A stretch of 64,000 nucleotides of DNA from Clostridia bacterium (lineage in GTDB: Bacteria > Bacillota > Clostridia > Christensenellales > CAG-138), in the NCBI GenBank assembly GCA_017428025.1, contig JAFRRO010000066.1, forward strand, positions 2,853 through 66,852. Direction: 5' to 3'. Of the stretch, positions 26,164 to 35,103 are shown one piece after another. Positions within the stretch are counted from its first letter, which is position 1. The number at the start of each line of letters is the position of its first letter. A program made the position numbers and the translations under genes. Under the pieces are notes generated by a model, which worked only from the letters and a program-made list of their open reading frames with translations, searched no databases and was not told the DNA's origin.

Positions 26164-27600
26164 ATGAAAAAGCATGTGATCGTGATCATTCTTGCCGCGC
26201 TTCTGCTTTGCGCCTGCGTACCGACGCCGGACGAGGAGCCGGTGCTGCCGAAGAATCAGGACCTGATGATCCAAAAGGGCGAAGCGACGCAGGCGCCGGA
26301 ACAGCCCTATACCCCGCCGGAGGCGCCGGAACGGTTTGTTTATGACTTTGCGGACGGCACATGGACGGTTCACGCCGATGCGCCGATTATCGTTCCGGAC
26401 GTCCCGATGCCGATGGTTTGGGTGCGCTCGCAGGGCATTTCGCAGGAGATGCTGTATCGATTGTTCAAACTGTTGGGAAACGGTGAAACCTTTTATCAGG
26501 CAAACTATGAATATGTCAGCACCAAGTCGGAAATTGCAGAGAGAATCCAGCGCATGATGAATCGACTTGAGGATGGAAGCTACAAGGATTCCGACCTTTC
26601 CGAGGAGGAATGGAAAGCGGCCATCGAGGAATTGAAAAAGCAGTATCAGACGGCGCCGAAGGAAGTCAATCGCGAACCGCAGGAAAGCGACGGTACGTAT
26701 CAGCTAATGAAAGGCGGCGAGTCCGGAACCGAGTGCTTATATCTGGAAGCAAGGAATGAACAGCGCTCAATTTCTGCTGTCGCAGCATTCAAAGCGGACG
26801 AAGGCGGCTCATTGTTCTGCTATGCGCGGCGTTTGGAAACAGATGGCCGCAGCTATGATTACTATTGGACAAACGCAAGAAAGGTGGACGCAGCGAGCGA
26901 ACTGCCGGGCGGGCTGTCTTATGCGGACGCCGTCGTTCAACTGAACGAGGTGCTTGATACGATCGGCGAACCTTTTGAAATCGAAAGCGTATATCTGATC
27001 GATGACGACTCAAACGGAATGGTTGACGGAGATTCCTCATCGGCAGAGCATTATGCGCTGTGCTTTGCCTGCCGTCGCCTTGTCAACGGTGCGCCGACGG
27101 TCTGCGATGTACCCGGCACAAGCAATACGAATGCGCTTTTTTCGATTCCGTGGGAACAGGAGAGCTTACGTGTCATCATCGATTCGATGGGGATTGCAAA
27201 CATCGGATGGATTGAACCGTTGACGCTTCTTGATACGGTTTCCGAATCGACAAATCTTTTGCCGTTCTCCGAAATCCAGAATATTGCGGAAAAGATGCTG
27301 CCGATTATGTACGGGCAAAAGACGGGACATGATTTTATTCAATCACTCGATACGCAGATCACAAGCGTTCGGTTGGAACTGATTCGTGTGCGTGAACAGA
27401 ACAATACCAAGCAGTTGAAAGGCATCCTGATTCCTGTATGGACTTTTTACGGGACGAGCGTTGTAACAGACAAGGAAGGATATTCCTCCTATTCCGACTA
27501 TGGCATGGGCGGCGGCAACGACAACTACGAAGGCGATCAAATCCTTCTCTGCATCAACGCCATCGACGGAACGATCATCGATCCGCTGCTCGGCTATTGA
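26164..27600 (+). CDS. ACVPTP-family lipoprotein, paralogue A (uncharacterised family)
   Basis: Signal peptide MKKHVIVIILAALLLCAC-VPTPDEEP with a lipobox Cys. Conserved LLPFSEIQNIAEKMLPI, ITSVRLELIRV, GILIPVW and C-terminal INAIDGTIIDPLLGY. RBS AAAGGAGG is present. Confidence 0.8.
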   Translation: MKKHVIVIILAALLLCACVPTPDEEPVLPKNQDLMIQKGEATQAPEQPYTPPEAPERFVYDFADGTWTVHADAPIIVPDVPMPMVWVRSQGISQEMLYRLFKLLGNGETFYQANYEYVSTKSEIAERIQRMMNRLEDGSYKDSDLSEEEWKAAIEELKKQYQTAPKEVNREPQESDGTYQLMKGGESGTECLYLEARNEQRSISAVAAFKADEGGSLFCYARRLETDGRSYDYYWTNARKVDAASELPGGLSYADAVVQLNEVLDTIGEPFEIESVYLIDDDSNGMVDGDSSSAEHYALCFACRRLVNGAPTVCDVPGTSNTNALFSIPWEQESLRVIIDSMGIANIGWIEPLTLLDTVSESTNLLPFSEIQNIAEKMLPIMYGQKTGHDFIQSLDTQITSVRLELIRVREQNNTKQLKGILIPVWTFYGTSVVTDKEGYSSYSDYGMGGGNDNYEGDQILLCINAIDGTIIDPLLGY

Positions 27601-27615
27601 AGGGAGGACACACAT

Positions 27616-29052
27616 ATGAAAAAACACATTTTCATCATTCTGCTTGCAGCGTTGCTTCTGCTTTGCGCCTGCGTACCGACGCCGGACGAGGAGCCGGTGC
27701 TGCCGAAGAATCAGGACCTGATGATCCAAAAGGGCGAAGCGACGCAGGCGCCGGAACAGCCCTACACGCCGCCCGAAGTGCCGGAACGGTTCGTTTATGA
27801 TTTTGCGGACGACAACTGGACGCTGCACGCCGACGCGCAAATCGTCGTGCCAGACGTGCCGCTGCCGATGGTCTGGGTACGCTCGCAGGGAATCTCGCAG
27901 GAGCTTCTCTATCGCCTGTTCGAGTATTTCGGCAACGGCGAGTCCTATCAGATTCCGGACATGAATCCGATCCAAACCAAGGCGGAGATCGAGGAGCTGA
28001 TTCAGCACATGGTCGATCAGCTCGAGGACGGCAGCTACAAGGAGTCCGACCTCACCGAGGAGGAATGGAACGCCGCCATTGAGGAATTGAAAAAGAAGTA
28101 CCGCGCCGCGCCGGAGGAGGCGCCCGAAAAGGATCTGAACACCGACGGCACGTATATTCTTCTGAAAAGCAACATGTACGATACGGAACGACTGTATCTG
28201 GAGGCATACAACTATCAGCGTACGATCGGCGCGACATCCTATTTCAAAGCCGACGGTTCCGGCTCAAACTTCCACTATTACCGGCATTTTTACAACGAAT
28301 CGCGCAGGGATTTCACGATGGCAAACGCCGTTCCGGTCAACGCTGCGAGTGAGCTGCCCGAAGAGCTCTCCTATGCGGATGCAGCCGCGAAGATCAAGGA
28401 GGTGTTCGATCTCATCGGCGAGCCGTTCGAGATCGCAAGCGTGTATCTGATCGACGACGCCGCAAACGGTTCGGTCGACGGCGAAGTTCGCAAGGCTGAG
28501 CATTACGCGCTGTGCTTTATCTGCCGCCGCACGGTCAACGGCGCGCCGACGGTCACAAATATTACGGGCTCTATGCGCATGGACGATCTTTTTGTAATCC
28601 CTTGGGAGCAGGAGAGCTTCCGCGCGATTCTCGACAGCGAGGGCTTCGTTTCGCTCCGTTGGGAGGAACCGCTGACGATGCTCGACACCGTTTCCGAATC
28701 GACCAATCTGCTGCCGTTTTCGGAGATTCAAAACATTGCGGAAAAGATGCTGCCGATCCTGTACGGAAAGAATAACGGGCATGACAGCCTCCGGTCGGTC
28801 GATACGCAGATAACGAGCGTGCGGCTCGAGCTGATCCGCGTGCGCGAGCAGAACAACGCAAAACAATTGAAGGGCATTCTGATTCCGGTATGGGCGTTCT
28901 ACGGCACCTGCCATGCGGTCGAGGACGACGACTATTCCCTGTATCTCCATTACGGTTTTGGCGGTGGCAGCGACGGCTACAAGGGCGACGAGATTTTGCT
29001 CTGCGTCAACGCGATCGACGGCACGATCATCGATCCGCTGCTCGGCTATTGA
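27616..29052 (+). CDS. ACVPTP-family lipoprotein, paralogue B
   Basis: MKKHIFIILLAALLLLCAC-VPTPDEEP, with the same C-terminal motifs. Lies 15 nt after A, with RBS AGGGAGG. Confidence 0.8.
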   Translation: MKKHIFIILLAALLLLCACVPTPDEEPVLPKNQDLMIQKGEATQAPEQPYTPPEVPERFVYDFADDNWTLHADAQIVVPDVPLPMVWVRSQGISQELLYRLFEYFGNGESYQIPDMNPIQTKAEIEELIQHMVDQLEDGSYKESDLTEEEWNAAIEELKKKYRAAPEEAPEKDLNTDGTYILLKSNMYDTERLYLEAYNYQRTIGATSYFKADGSGSNFHYYRHFYNESRRDFTMANAVPVNAASELPEELSYADAAAKIKEVFDLIGEPFEIASVYLIDDAANGSVDGEVRKAEHYALCFICRRTVNGAPTVTNITGSMRMDDLFVIPWEQESFRAILDSEGFVSLRWEEPLTMLDTVSESTNLLPFSEIQNIAEKMLPILYGKNNGHDSLRSVDTQITSVRLELIRVREQNNAKQLKGILIPVWAFYGTCHAVEDDDYSLYLHYGFGGGSDGYKGDEILLCVNAIDGTIIDPLLGY

Positions 29053-29067
29053 AGGGAGGACAGGCAT

Positions 29068-30630
29068 ATGAAAAAACACGGTTTCATCCTTTTGCTTACA
29101 GCGTTGCTGCTGATCTGCGCCTGCGTACCGACGCCGGAGAAAGAGATCGTGGTGCAGAAGGACTTCGACCACATGATCGAAAAGGCGAAGGAAACACCGG
29201 TTTCGGATACCGTTGTGCTTGAGGACGGTACGCAGGGATCCGGCGTACCGACGGCGTCGCCGCAGAACACGGACGCTCCGCGCTATGCGCATATCACCGA
29301 ATCGTTCACCGGGCGGACGGACGCATTTCGGGTGGAGATCGACGCCGACGTGATCGTGCCGGACGGACCGCTGCCGATCGTTCGCGTCAAACCCGATGAA
29401 TTCAACGCGGAGAAAGCGCAGCCGTACTTTGACGCCCTGTGCAGCGGCGAAGACTATTACCCGCGCGAGGAGTTGGAGACCAAGGAGAATCTCGAACGGC
29501 AGATTGCCGAGATGCAGGCGGAGGTGGACGCGGGACTGCCCTCGATGGATCGCGACGGACTGTCCGAAAAGGACGTGCAAAAGGAAATCAAGAATTGGAA
29601 GTCGCAGATCAAAGAGCTTCAGGAGCGCTGGAAGGTCGCAAAGGACAAGCCGGAAAACCCGATGCGCGTTCTTGCAGACTACGATTGGAGCAAGGTGCCG
29701 TCCTACTATCCGCTGGGCGTCTGGACGACCGACGAACAGGCGCAGTTTACGTTCCGACTGGACGGCGAGCAGGAGCAGAACGGGCACAAGATCCGGTTCG
29801 TCCAAAGCTCCGTCCTGTTCGAGGATGCGCGCAAGGAGCCAAAGACCAAGGCGCGGCATCAATTTGAGTATTACAGGGATGTAACCGGACAAACGACGAT
29901 CCCGACCGGAACGAAGCTTACAAAAACGCCGCTTGAGGCACAGACCGAAGCCGAACAGCTGATCCAAAGGATCGGTGCAAAGGATATGGCGGTCGATCGC
30001 GTGTACCTGATGCGCGAATGCGTGCTGAACGAAGGAAACGAGGGCTATTGCATCAATTACCTGCTGCCGGAGGATTACGAGTATCAGTATCTCTATGAGG
30101 TTCGCTTCTGCCGTACGGTCAACGGCATCCCGGTGGTGAAGCCGACTTTCTTTGCGTCATCCTCTAACAACAGCGAGAACGGCGCCTATGCGCCGAGCTG
30201 GGAGTATGAGGAGCTGTATGTGCGCGTCAGCAGTGACGGCGTTTGCGAACTGTATCATCTGGCGCCGATCGAGACGGTCACTACGCTGGTGGAGGACGCG
30301 AAGCTGCTGCCGTTCTCCGATATTCTGGATATCGCGAAAAAGATGCTGCCGATTTTGCACGAGGACCAGATCGGCAGCGGCAATCGCGTTGAGTTTCGCA
30401 TCGATCGCATCACGCTTTCCTTGCAACGCATTGCGGAGCAGGACAACCTCGAATACGGTCTGCTGGTGCCGACGTGGAACTTCTGGGGCGTGGACCTTCG
30501 TATCGGCGAGGACGGCGTGCCGCACACGTACCTTTGCGGCGTCTTCAGCGCCGGAACCTGCGGCTATCTGCCCTTGCTTTCGATCAACGCGATCGACGGC
30601 ACCATCATCGATGCAACAAAGGGGTACTGA
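29068..30630 (+). CDS. ACVPTP-family lipoprotein, paralogue C
   Basis: MKKHGFILLLTALLLICAC-VPTPEKEIVVQKD, then LLPFSDILDIAKKMLPI and C-terminal INAIDGTIIDATKGY. Lies 15 nt after B. Confidence 0.8.
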   Translation: MKKHGFILLLTALLLICACVPTPEKEIVVQKDFDHMIEKAKETPVSDTVVLEDGTQGSGVPTASPQNTDAPRYAHITESFTGRTDAFRVEIDADVIVPDGPLPIVRVKPDEFNAEKAQPYFDALCSGEDYYPREELETKENLERQIAEMQAEVDAGLPSMDRDGLSEKDVQKEIKNWKSQIKELQERWKVAKDKPENPMRVLADYDWSKVPSYYPLGVWTTDEQAQFTFRLDGEQEQNGHKIRFVQSSVLFEDARKEPKTKARHQFEYYRDVTGQTTIPTGTKLTKTPLEAQTEAEQLIQRIGAKDMAVDRVYLMRECVLNEGNEGYCINYLLPEDYEYQYLYEVRFCRTVNGIPVVKPTFFASSSNNSENGAYAPSWEYEELYVRVSSDGVCELYHLAPIETVTTLVEDAKLLPFSDILDIAKKMLPILHEDQIGSGNRVEFRIDRITLSLQRIAEQDNLEYGLLVPTWNFWGVDLRIGEDGVPHTYLCGVFSAGTCGYLPLLSINAIDGTIIDATKGY

Positions 30631-30633
30631 GCC

Positions 30634-32052
30634 ATGAAAAAACATATTTTCATCCTTTTGCTTGCATCCCTGCTGCTGCTTGCCGCCTGCGTACCGACGC
30701 CGGAGGAACCGATCGTGATCGGAAAGGACCAGAGCGCCATGATCGAAAAGGCGGAGGCGGGCGGAGAATATGCCGCGTCGCCGAGCGATCCGGCAGCCGG
30801 CACGGACTGGGCAGCGCGGCTCGGCACGCCCGCGCGATACGAAACGTCGCTCGTGAGCGCGGGCGGCAAGCTGACCGTCGAGGTGAACGCGCCGATCGAA
30901 CTGCCCGACGTCGAACTGCCGGTCGTGAAGATCGAGCCGTATCTGTTCACCGACGCGGATGTGCGCCGCTATGTATCGGCGCTTCTGGGCGACGATCCGC
31001 AGTGTGTCGACGATGCGTGGGACGAATCCCTGCGCACCAAGAAATCGTATGAAAAGGAAATCCTGACCTGCAGGGATGCTTTGGAACACTGGAACGAATA
31101 CGGCAGTATCGTCTATGACAATTACGAAACGCGCGGGGCGTTTGAACAGCACCTGCAGGACCTGATGCAAAAGGCGGCGAACGCGCCGGAAAAACCGGAG
31201 ACGCATGCGCCGACCTACGAGTGGCAGAAATGGAACGTCTGGACGGAGGCGGGAAAGCAGGAGACGGAGGACAGCTATCTGACACTGCTCACGGTCAACG
31301 AGGACCTTTCGCAGTCGAGACTGGATATCAGCCGCAGTTCGGAGTTCGGGCGCTGCGACGTGCGCTACAATCGCGACGCATACGAAAACCTCCCGCTGGC
31401 GGTCGATTCGCGGACATGGCAAAACGAGCTTTCGATCGGCGAGCGGGACGCCCGTCATACGGCCGAGACCGTCCTGAACCAAATGGGACTCGATCATCTG
31501 GTTTGCGTCCTTGCAAAGCCGACGCGCATCTATCCGGGCGACGTCGCGCGGGACGGCAATTCCTATCATGCCTGCTGGGTGCTCGTCTTTATGCCCGCGG
31601 TCAACGGCGCGGCGGCGACCTATACCGAACAGACGCGCACCGAGCCGAGCGATTACGCCCGCGAATGGGAAACCGAATACTGCGCGGTGTGGGTGGACGA
31701 ACAAGGCGTTGCGGGGCTGAACTACCGGAATCCCTGCGCGATTCGCGAGGTCACAGTGCCCGTGGCGACGCTGCTGCCGTTCGACAAGATCAAAGAGATT
31801 TTCGAGAAGATGGTGCTGATCGTGGACAACAATGCGGATCCCGGCGGCTATGAACTGCATTATCGCATCACATCGATTCGCCTGGGATTGGTCAGCATCC
31901 CGGAACAGTATGGTACGGGCGGGCTTCTGGTGCCCGCGTGGGATTTCATGGGCGTGCTCGAATCGGCGGATTCTCAAAAATACGCGACCGACGAAGCCCG
32001 CTCGTTCCTGACGATCAATGCCGTCGACGGCAGCATCATTGTGCGCGGATGA
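30634..32052 (+). CDS. ACVPTP-family lipoprotein, paralogue D
   Basis: MKKHIFILLLASLLLLAAC-VPTPEEPIVIGKDQ, C-terminal INAVDGSIIVRG. Lies 3 nt after C. Confidence 0.8.
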   Translation: MKKHIFILLLASLLLLAACVPTPEEPIVIGKDQSAMIEKAEAGGEYAASPSDPAAGTDWAARLGTPARYETSLVSAGGKLTVEVNAPIELPDVELPVVKIEPYLFTDADVRRYVSALLGDDPQCVDDAWDESLRTKKSYEKEILTCRDALEHWNEYGSIVYDNYETRGAFEQHLQDLMQKAANAPEKPETHAPTYEWQKWNVWTEAGKQETEDSYLTLLTVNEDLSQSRLDISRSSEFGRCDVRYNRDAYENLPLAVDSRTWQNELSIGERDARHTAETVLNQMGLDHLVCVLAKPTRIYPGDVARDGNSYHACWVLVFMPAVNGAAATYTEQTRTEPSDYAREWETEYCAVWVDEQGVAGLNYRNPCAIREVTVPVATLLPFDKIKEIFEKMVLIVDNNADPGGYELHYRITSIRLGLVSIPEQYGTGGLLVPAWDFMGVLESADSQKYATDEARSFLTINAVDGSIIVRG

Positions 32053-32070
32053 CGGAGAAAGGACAATACC

Positions 32071-33504
32071 GTGAAAAAACAGACTGGTTTGATATTGCTG
32101 CTTGCGGCGTTTCTGCTGCTTTGCGCCTGTGTGCCGACGCCGAAGGAACCCGTCGTGATCGGCAAGGATCAGAGCGCAATGGTCGAAAAGGCGCAGGAAA
32201 AGCCCGTCTATGCGCAAACGGAAGGAACGGTCGACTGGCTCGAACGGCTCGGCGCGCCCGCACGGTACACGGCGACGCTGACGAGCATCGGCGGGCGGCT
32301 GAAGGTGGAAGCGGACGCGAAGGTGATCGTGCCGGACGGCGAGCTGCCGATCGTGTATGTGACACCCCGCAGCTTTTCGGACGAGGACGCAGAGCGGTTT
32401 ATGAAGGCGCTTTTGGGCGACGATCCGAAATGCCTCCGGCCGGAGGACGAGAACCGTACAAAAGCCATGTACGAACGGCAGATTCTCGAATGGAGCTACG
32501 CGCTCGACCATTGGGAGGAGTACGGCGCCTCGGTCTGGGACATGTACGACACAAAGGAGGAGTTCCGCGAAGCGCTGCAAGGGCTGATGGAAAAGGCGGC
32601 AGACGCGCCGGAAACGCTTGAGACGTTCGACCCTGTTTTCGAATGGGAGCCGATCCTTTGGCAGACCGACGCGGGGCAGAGAGCCTACGGAGATGAGAAT
32701 ATGCACTTTCTGACGCTGAACGCGGACGGAACGAAATCGTCCCTGAGCATCACGAATGGCGCGGACGTTGCGCGCAGCGGCGTTCATTACTGGCGGGACA
32801 GCGAAGGTCTTGCGGATCAGCTGGAGGACGTGGACGGCGGACAGTGGCAGAACGAACTGCAGATTTCGGAGGAGGAGGCCCGCGCCGCTGCGGAAGCGAC
32901 GCTCTCCCAAATGGGGCTCGGTCATCTGGTCTGCGCGTTCGGAAAATTCATCCGCTGCTACCGCATGAACACCGTTCGCGAAGACGCTCCGTACCAATCC
33001 GGCTGGATGCTCGTATATACGCCCGCGGTGAACGGCACGGCGCTGACCTATACGCTCCGGACGGGCGTCGACAACAACGACTACAATCGCCGCTGGCAGT
33101 ATGAACGCTGCTATCTGCTCGTCGACGAAAAGGGCGTGGCGCTGTTGCATTATTACGACGCCTGCACCCTGGACAGCGTCATGGTCGAGGCCTGCACGCT
33201 ACTGCCGTTTGAAAAGATCGTCGAGATCTTTGAGAAGATGGTGCTGATCGTCGACAACGACGCGGATCTGTACGACGTCGACCGCACCTACCGGATCACG
33301 ACGGTCCGCCTCGGTATGACGAGCATTCCGGCAGAAAACGGAAACGGCGGCTTTCTGGTGCCGTGCTGGGACTTCATGGGCGACGAGTACGCCGCGGAGG
33401 AATTCCCGGAAACGTGGAAACGTACGGGCATGACGCAGGACGGCAGCTTTTCGTATCTTACGATCAACGCCATTGACGGCAGCATCATTCAGCGCGGGCA
33501 TTGA
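32071..33504 (+). CDS. ACVPTP-family lipoprotein, paralogue E (GTG start)
   Basis: (V)KKQTGLILLLAAFLLLCAC-VPTPKEPVVIGKDQ, C-terminal INAIDGSIIQRGH. RBS GGAGAAAGG is present. Confidence 0.75.
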   Translation: MKKQTGLILLLAAFLLLCACVPTPKEPVVIGKDQSAMVEKAQEKPVYAQTEGTVDWLERLGAPARYTATLTSIGGRLKVEADAKVIVPDGELPIVYVTPRSFSDEDAERFMKALLGDDPKCLRPEDENRTKAMYERQILEWSYALDHWEEYGASVWDMYDTKEEFREALQGLMEKAADAPETLETFDPVFEWEPILWQTDAGQRAYGDENMHFLTLNADGTKSSLSITNGADVARSGVHYWRDSEGLADQLEDVDGGQWQNELQISEEEARAAAEATLSQMGLGHLVCAFGKFIRCYRMNTVREDAPYQSGWMLVYTPAVNGTALTYTLRTGVDNNDYNRRWQYERCYLLVDEKGVALLHYYDACTLDSVMVEACTLLPFEKIVEIFEKMVLIVDNDADLYDVDRTYRITTVRLGMTSIPAENGNGGFLVPCWDFMGDEYAAEEFPETWKRTGMTQDGSFSYLTINAIDGSIIQRGH

Positions 33505-33580
33505 GGAACAGGAAGAAAGGGAAAACCATGCAAAAATACATGAGGAACAGGAAGAAAGGGAAAACCATGCAAAAATACAT
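33503..33580 (+). repeat. Perfect 39-bp tandem duplication covering the RBS and start codon of paralogue F
   Basis: GAGGAACAGGAAGAAAGGGAAAACCATGCAAAAATACAT occurs at 33503-33541 and again at 33542-33580. Confidence 0.9.
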
Positions 33581-35051
33581 ATGGATGATATTGCTGCTTA
33601 CGGCGTTACTGCTGCTTTGCGCCTGCGTACCGACGCCGGAGAATCCGATCGTAGTCGGGAAGGATCAGACGGAAATGCTCAATAAAGCAAAGGAAACGCT
33701 CGCACCGGAAAAACTGGAACAAAGCTTGCGGGAACGGCTGAACGTCCCGGATCGGTATACATATTCTTATCATAAAGGCGACTTGACGATCGACGCGGAT
33801 GCGGAGATCGTGGTGCCGGATGGAGAACTTCCGATCGTCCGCGTGTTTCCGAAGGAGTTCGATCAGGCGACGGTGACAAAGCTTTGGAACGTGCTGATCG
33901 GCGATATGCCGATGCAGATTCAGCAGGAAGGAATGACGAAAGCCGAGATCGCGGAGGAACTCGAAGCGATGCTCGCCGCGCTCGACGCAAACGAGCCGCA
34001 GGCGTTCGGATTTGAAACCATCGAGCAATTGGAGAAGCGGATCACACTGTATCAGAAAAAGTATAACGAGGCGCCGGATGTTTTGGATGGCGAACCGGCG
34101 GACGGTACGCTGTATACGGAATCGGAGTATGACAACAGCGGCAACGTCACAGCATCGCATACTTGCATTCGCGCGCAATCCAAAGAGGCGGGCATCCGTT
34201 TCATTGTGAGCAATGGATATGACAACGATGCACCGGTCAAAACAATCCTGTATGACGATATCGGCAGGGAGATCGGCTATTCCGTTCGCAGCGTCGAGCG
34301 CAAATCGTCCTTCGTGTTCATAAAGGACAACGATCCGCATGTCGGCTGCTATGTGTGGGATGACGAACTGCGGCCTTCGGACGGCATTCCCGAAAAAGCC
34401 GCGCATTCGATCGGCATCCTTCCGCAAAATGCGTGGGATGCGGCGCAAAAACTGTTGGAGGATATGGACCTTTCCGACGCGTACCGACCGCAGCGCATCT
34501 TTTTGATCACAGACGTCGGTCCGGATAATATCCCGCGCGAGTACGCATACCGCATCGTTTGTACGCATGTTGTTAACGGTGTGCAAACGCTGATGATCGG
34601 CAACGTCGGCGACGAGGGGGCGGATGACCCATTTGTGCCGTCGTGGCAGTTTGAGCGGTTTTATATCGACGTCGGCGATGACGGCGTATATTGCATACAG
34701 CATGAAACACCGCTTGCCGTCGGCGACACGGTATTGGCACAGACGAACCTATTGCCTTTTTCGGAGATACAGGCGATCATCAAAAAGATGCTGCCGATCA
34801 TGTACGAGAACGAAACGGACGATTACGACGGAAAGTCATTTGAGAAGCACATCGACCGTGTGGAACTCGGTCTTTGGCGCGTGCGCGAACAGGACCGGAT
34901 CGACCGCGGACTGCTGGTTCCCGTTTGGGCGATTTATGCCATTACCGCGGAAATCGATTCGTACTTCAACTTTGCATGGAGAAGCTATGAACCGATCCTG
35001 CTGATCAACGCGGTCGACGGCAGCGTCATCGATCCACAGCAGGGGTATTGA
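33567..35051 (+). CDS. ACVPTP-family lipoprotein, paralogue F (alternative in-frame start at 33528)
   Basis: MQKYIWMILLLTALLLLCAC-VPTPENPIVVGKDQ, then LLPFSEIQAIIKKMLPI and C-terminal INAVDGSVIDPQQGY. Confidence 0.75.
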   Translation: MQKYIWMILLLTALLLLCACVPTPENPIVVGKDQTEMLNKAKETLAPEKLEQSLRERLNVPDRYTYSYHKGDLTIDADAEIVVPDGELPIVRVFPKEFDQATVTKLWNVLIGDMPMQIQQEGMTKAEIAEELEAMLAALDANEPQAFGFETIEQLEKRITLYQKKYNEAPDVLDGEPADGTLYTESEYDNSGNVTASHTCIRAQSKEAGIRFIVSNGYDNDAPVKTILYDDIGREIGYSVRSVERKSSFVFIKDNDPHVGCYVWDDELRPSDGIPEKAAHSIGILPQNAWDAAQKLLEDMDLSDAYRPQRIFLITDVGPDNIPREYAYRIVCTHVVNGVQTLMIGNVGDEGADDPFVPSWQFERFYIDVGDDGVYCIQHETPLAVGDTVLAQTNLLPFSEIQAIIKKMLPIMYENETDDYDGKSFEKHIDRVELGLWRVREQDRIDRGLLVPVWAIYAITAEIDSYFNFAWRSYEPILLINAVDGSVIDPQQGY

Positions 35052-35071
35052 TCGGAACGTGGGATATTGAA

Positions 35072-35103
35072 ACGAAACCGGAGGGGAAGCCCTCCGGTTT
35101 TGC
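35072..35103. terminator. Bidirectional terminator between the array and the convergent ABC operon
   Basis: Stem AACCGGAGGG / CCCTCCGGTT with a 4-nt loop, followed by TTT. Confidence 0.8.

Noticed and set aside
33501-33527. The TTG at 33501 (ORF-track start of paralogue F), overlapping the stop of paralogue E.
   Set aside because: It has no RBS. The duplicated segment supplies SD-like sequence before the ATGs at 33528 and 33567, which give a normal lipoprotein signal peptide.
26164-35051. Regularly spaced repeats every 1.4-1.5 kb as a possible CRISPR or other non-coding array.
   Set aside because: The repeated units are the signal-peptide-coding 5' ends and RBSs of full-length paralogous genes. 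Spacing and length are far outside CRISPR repeat-spacer dimensions, and no cas genes are present.
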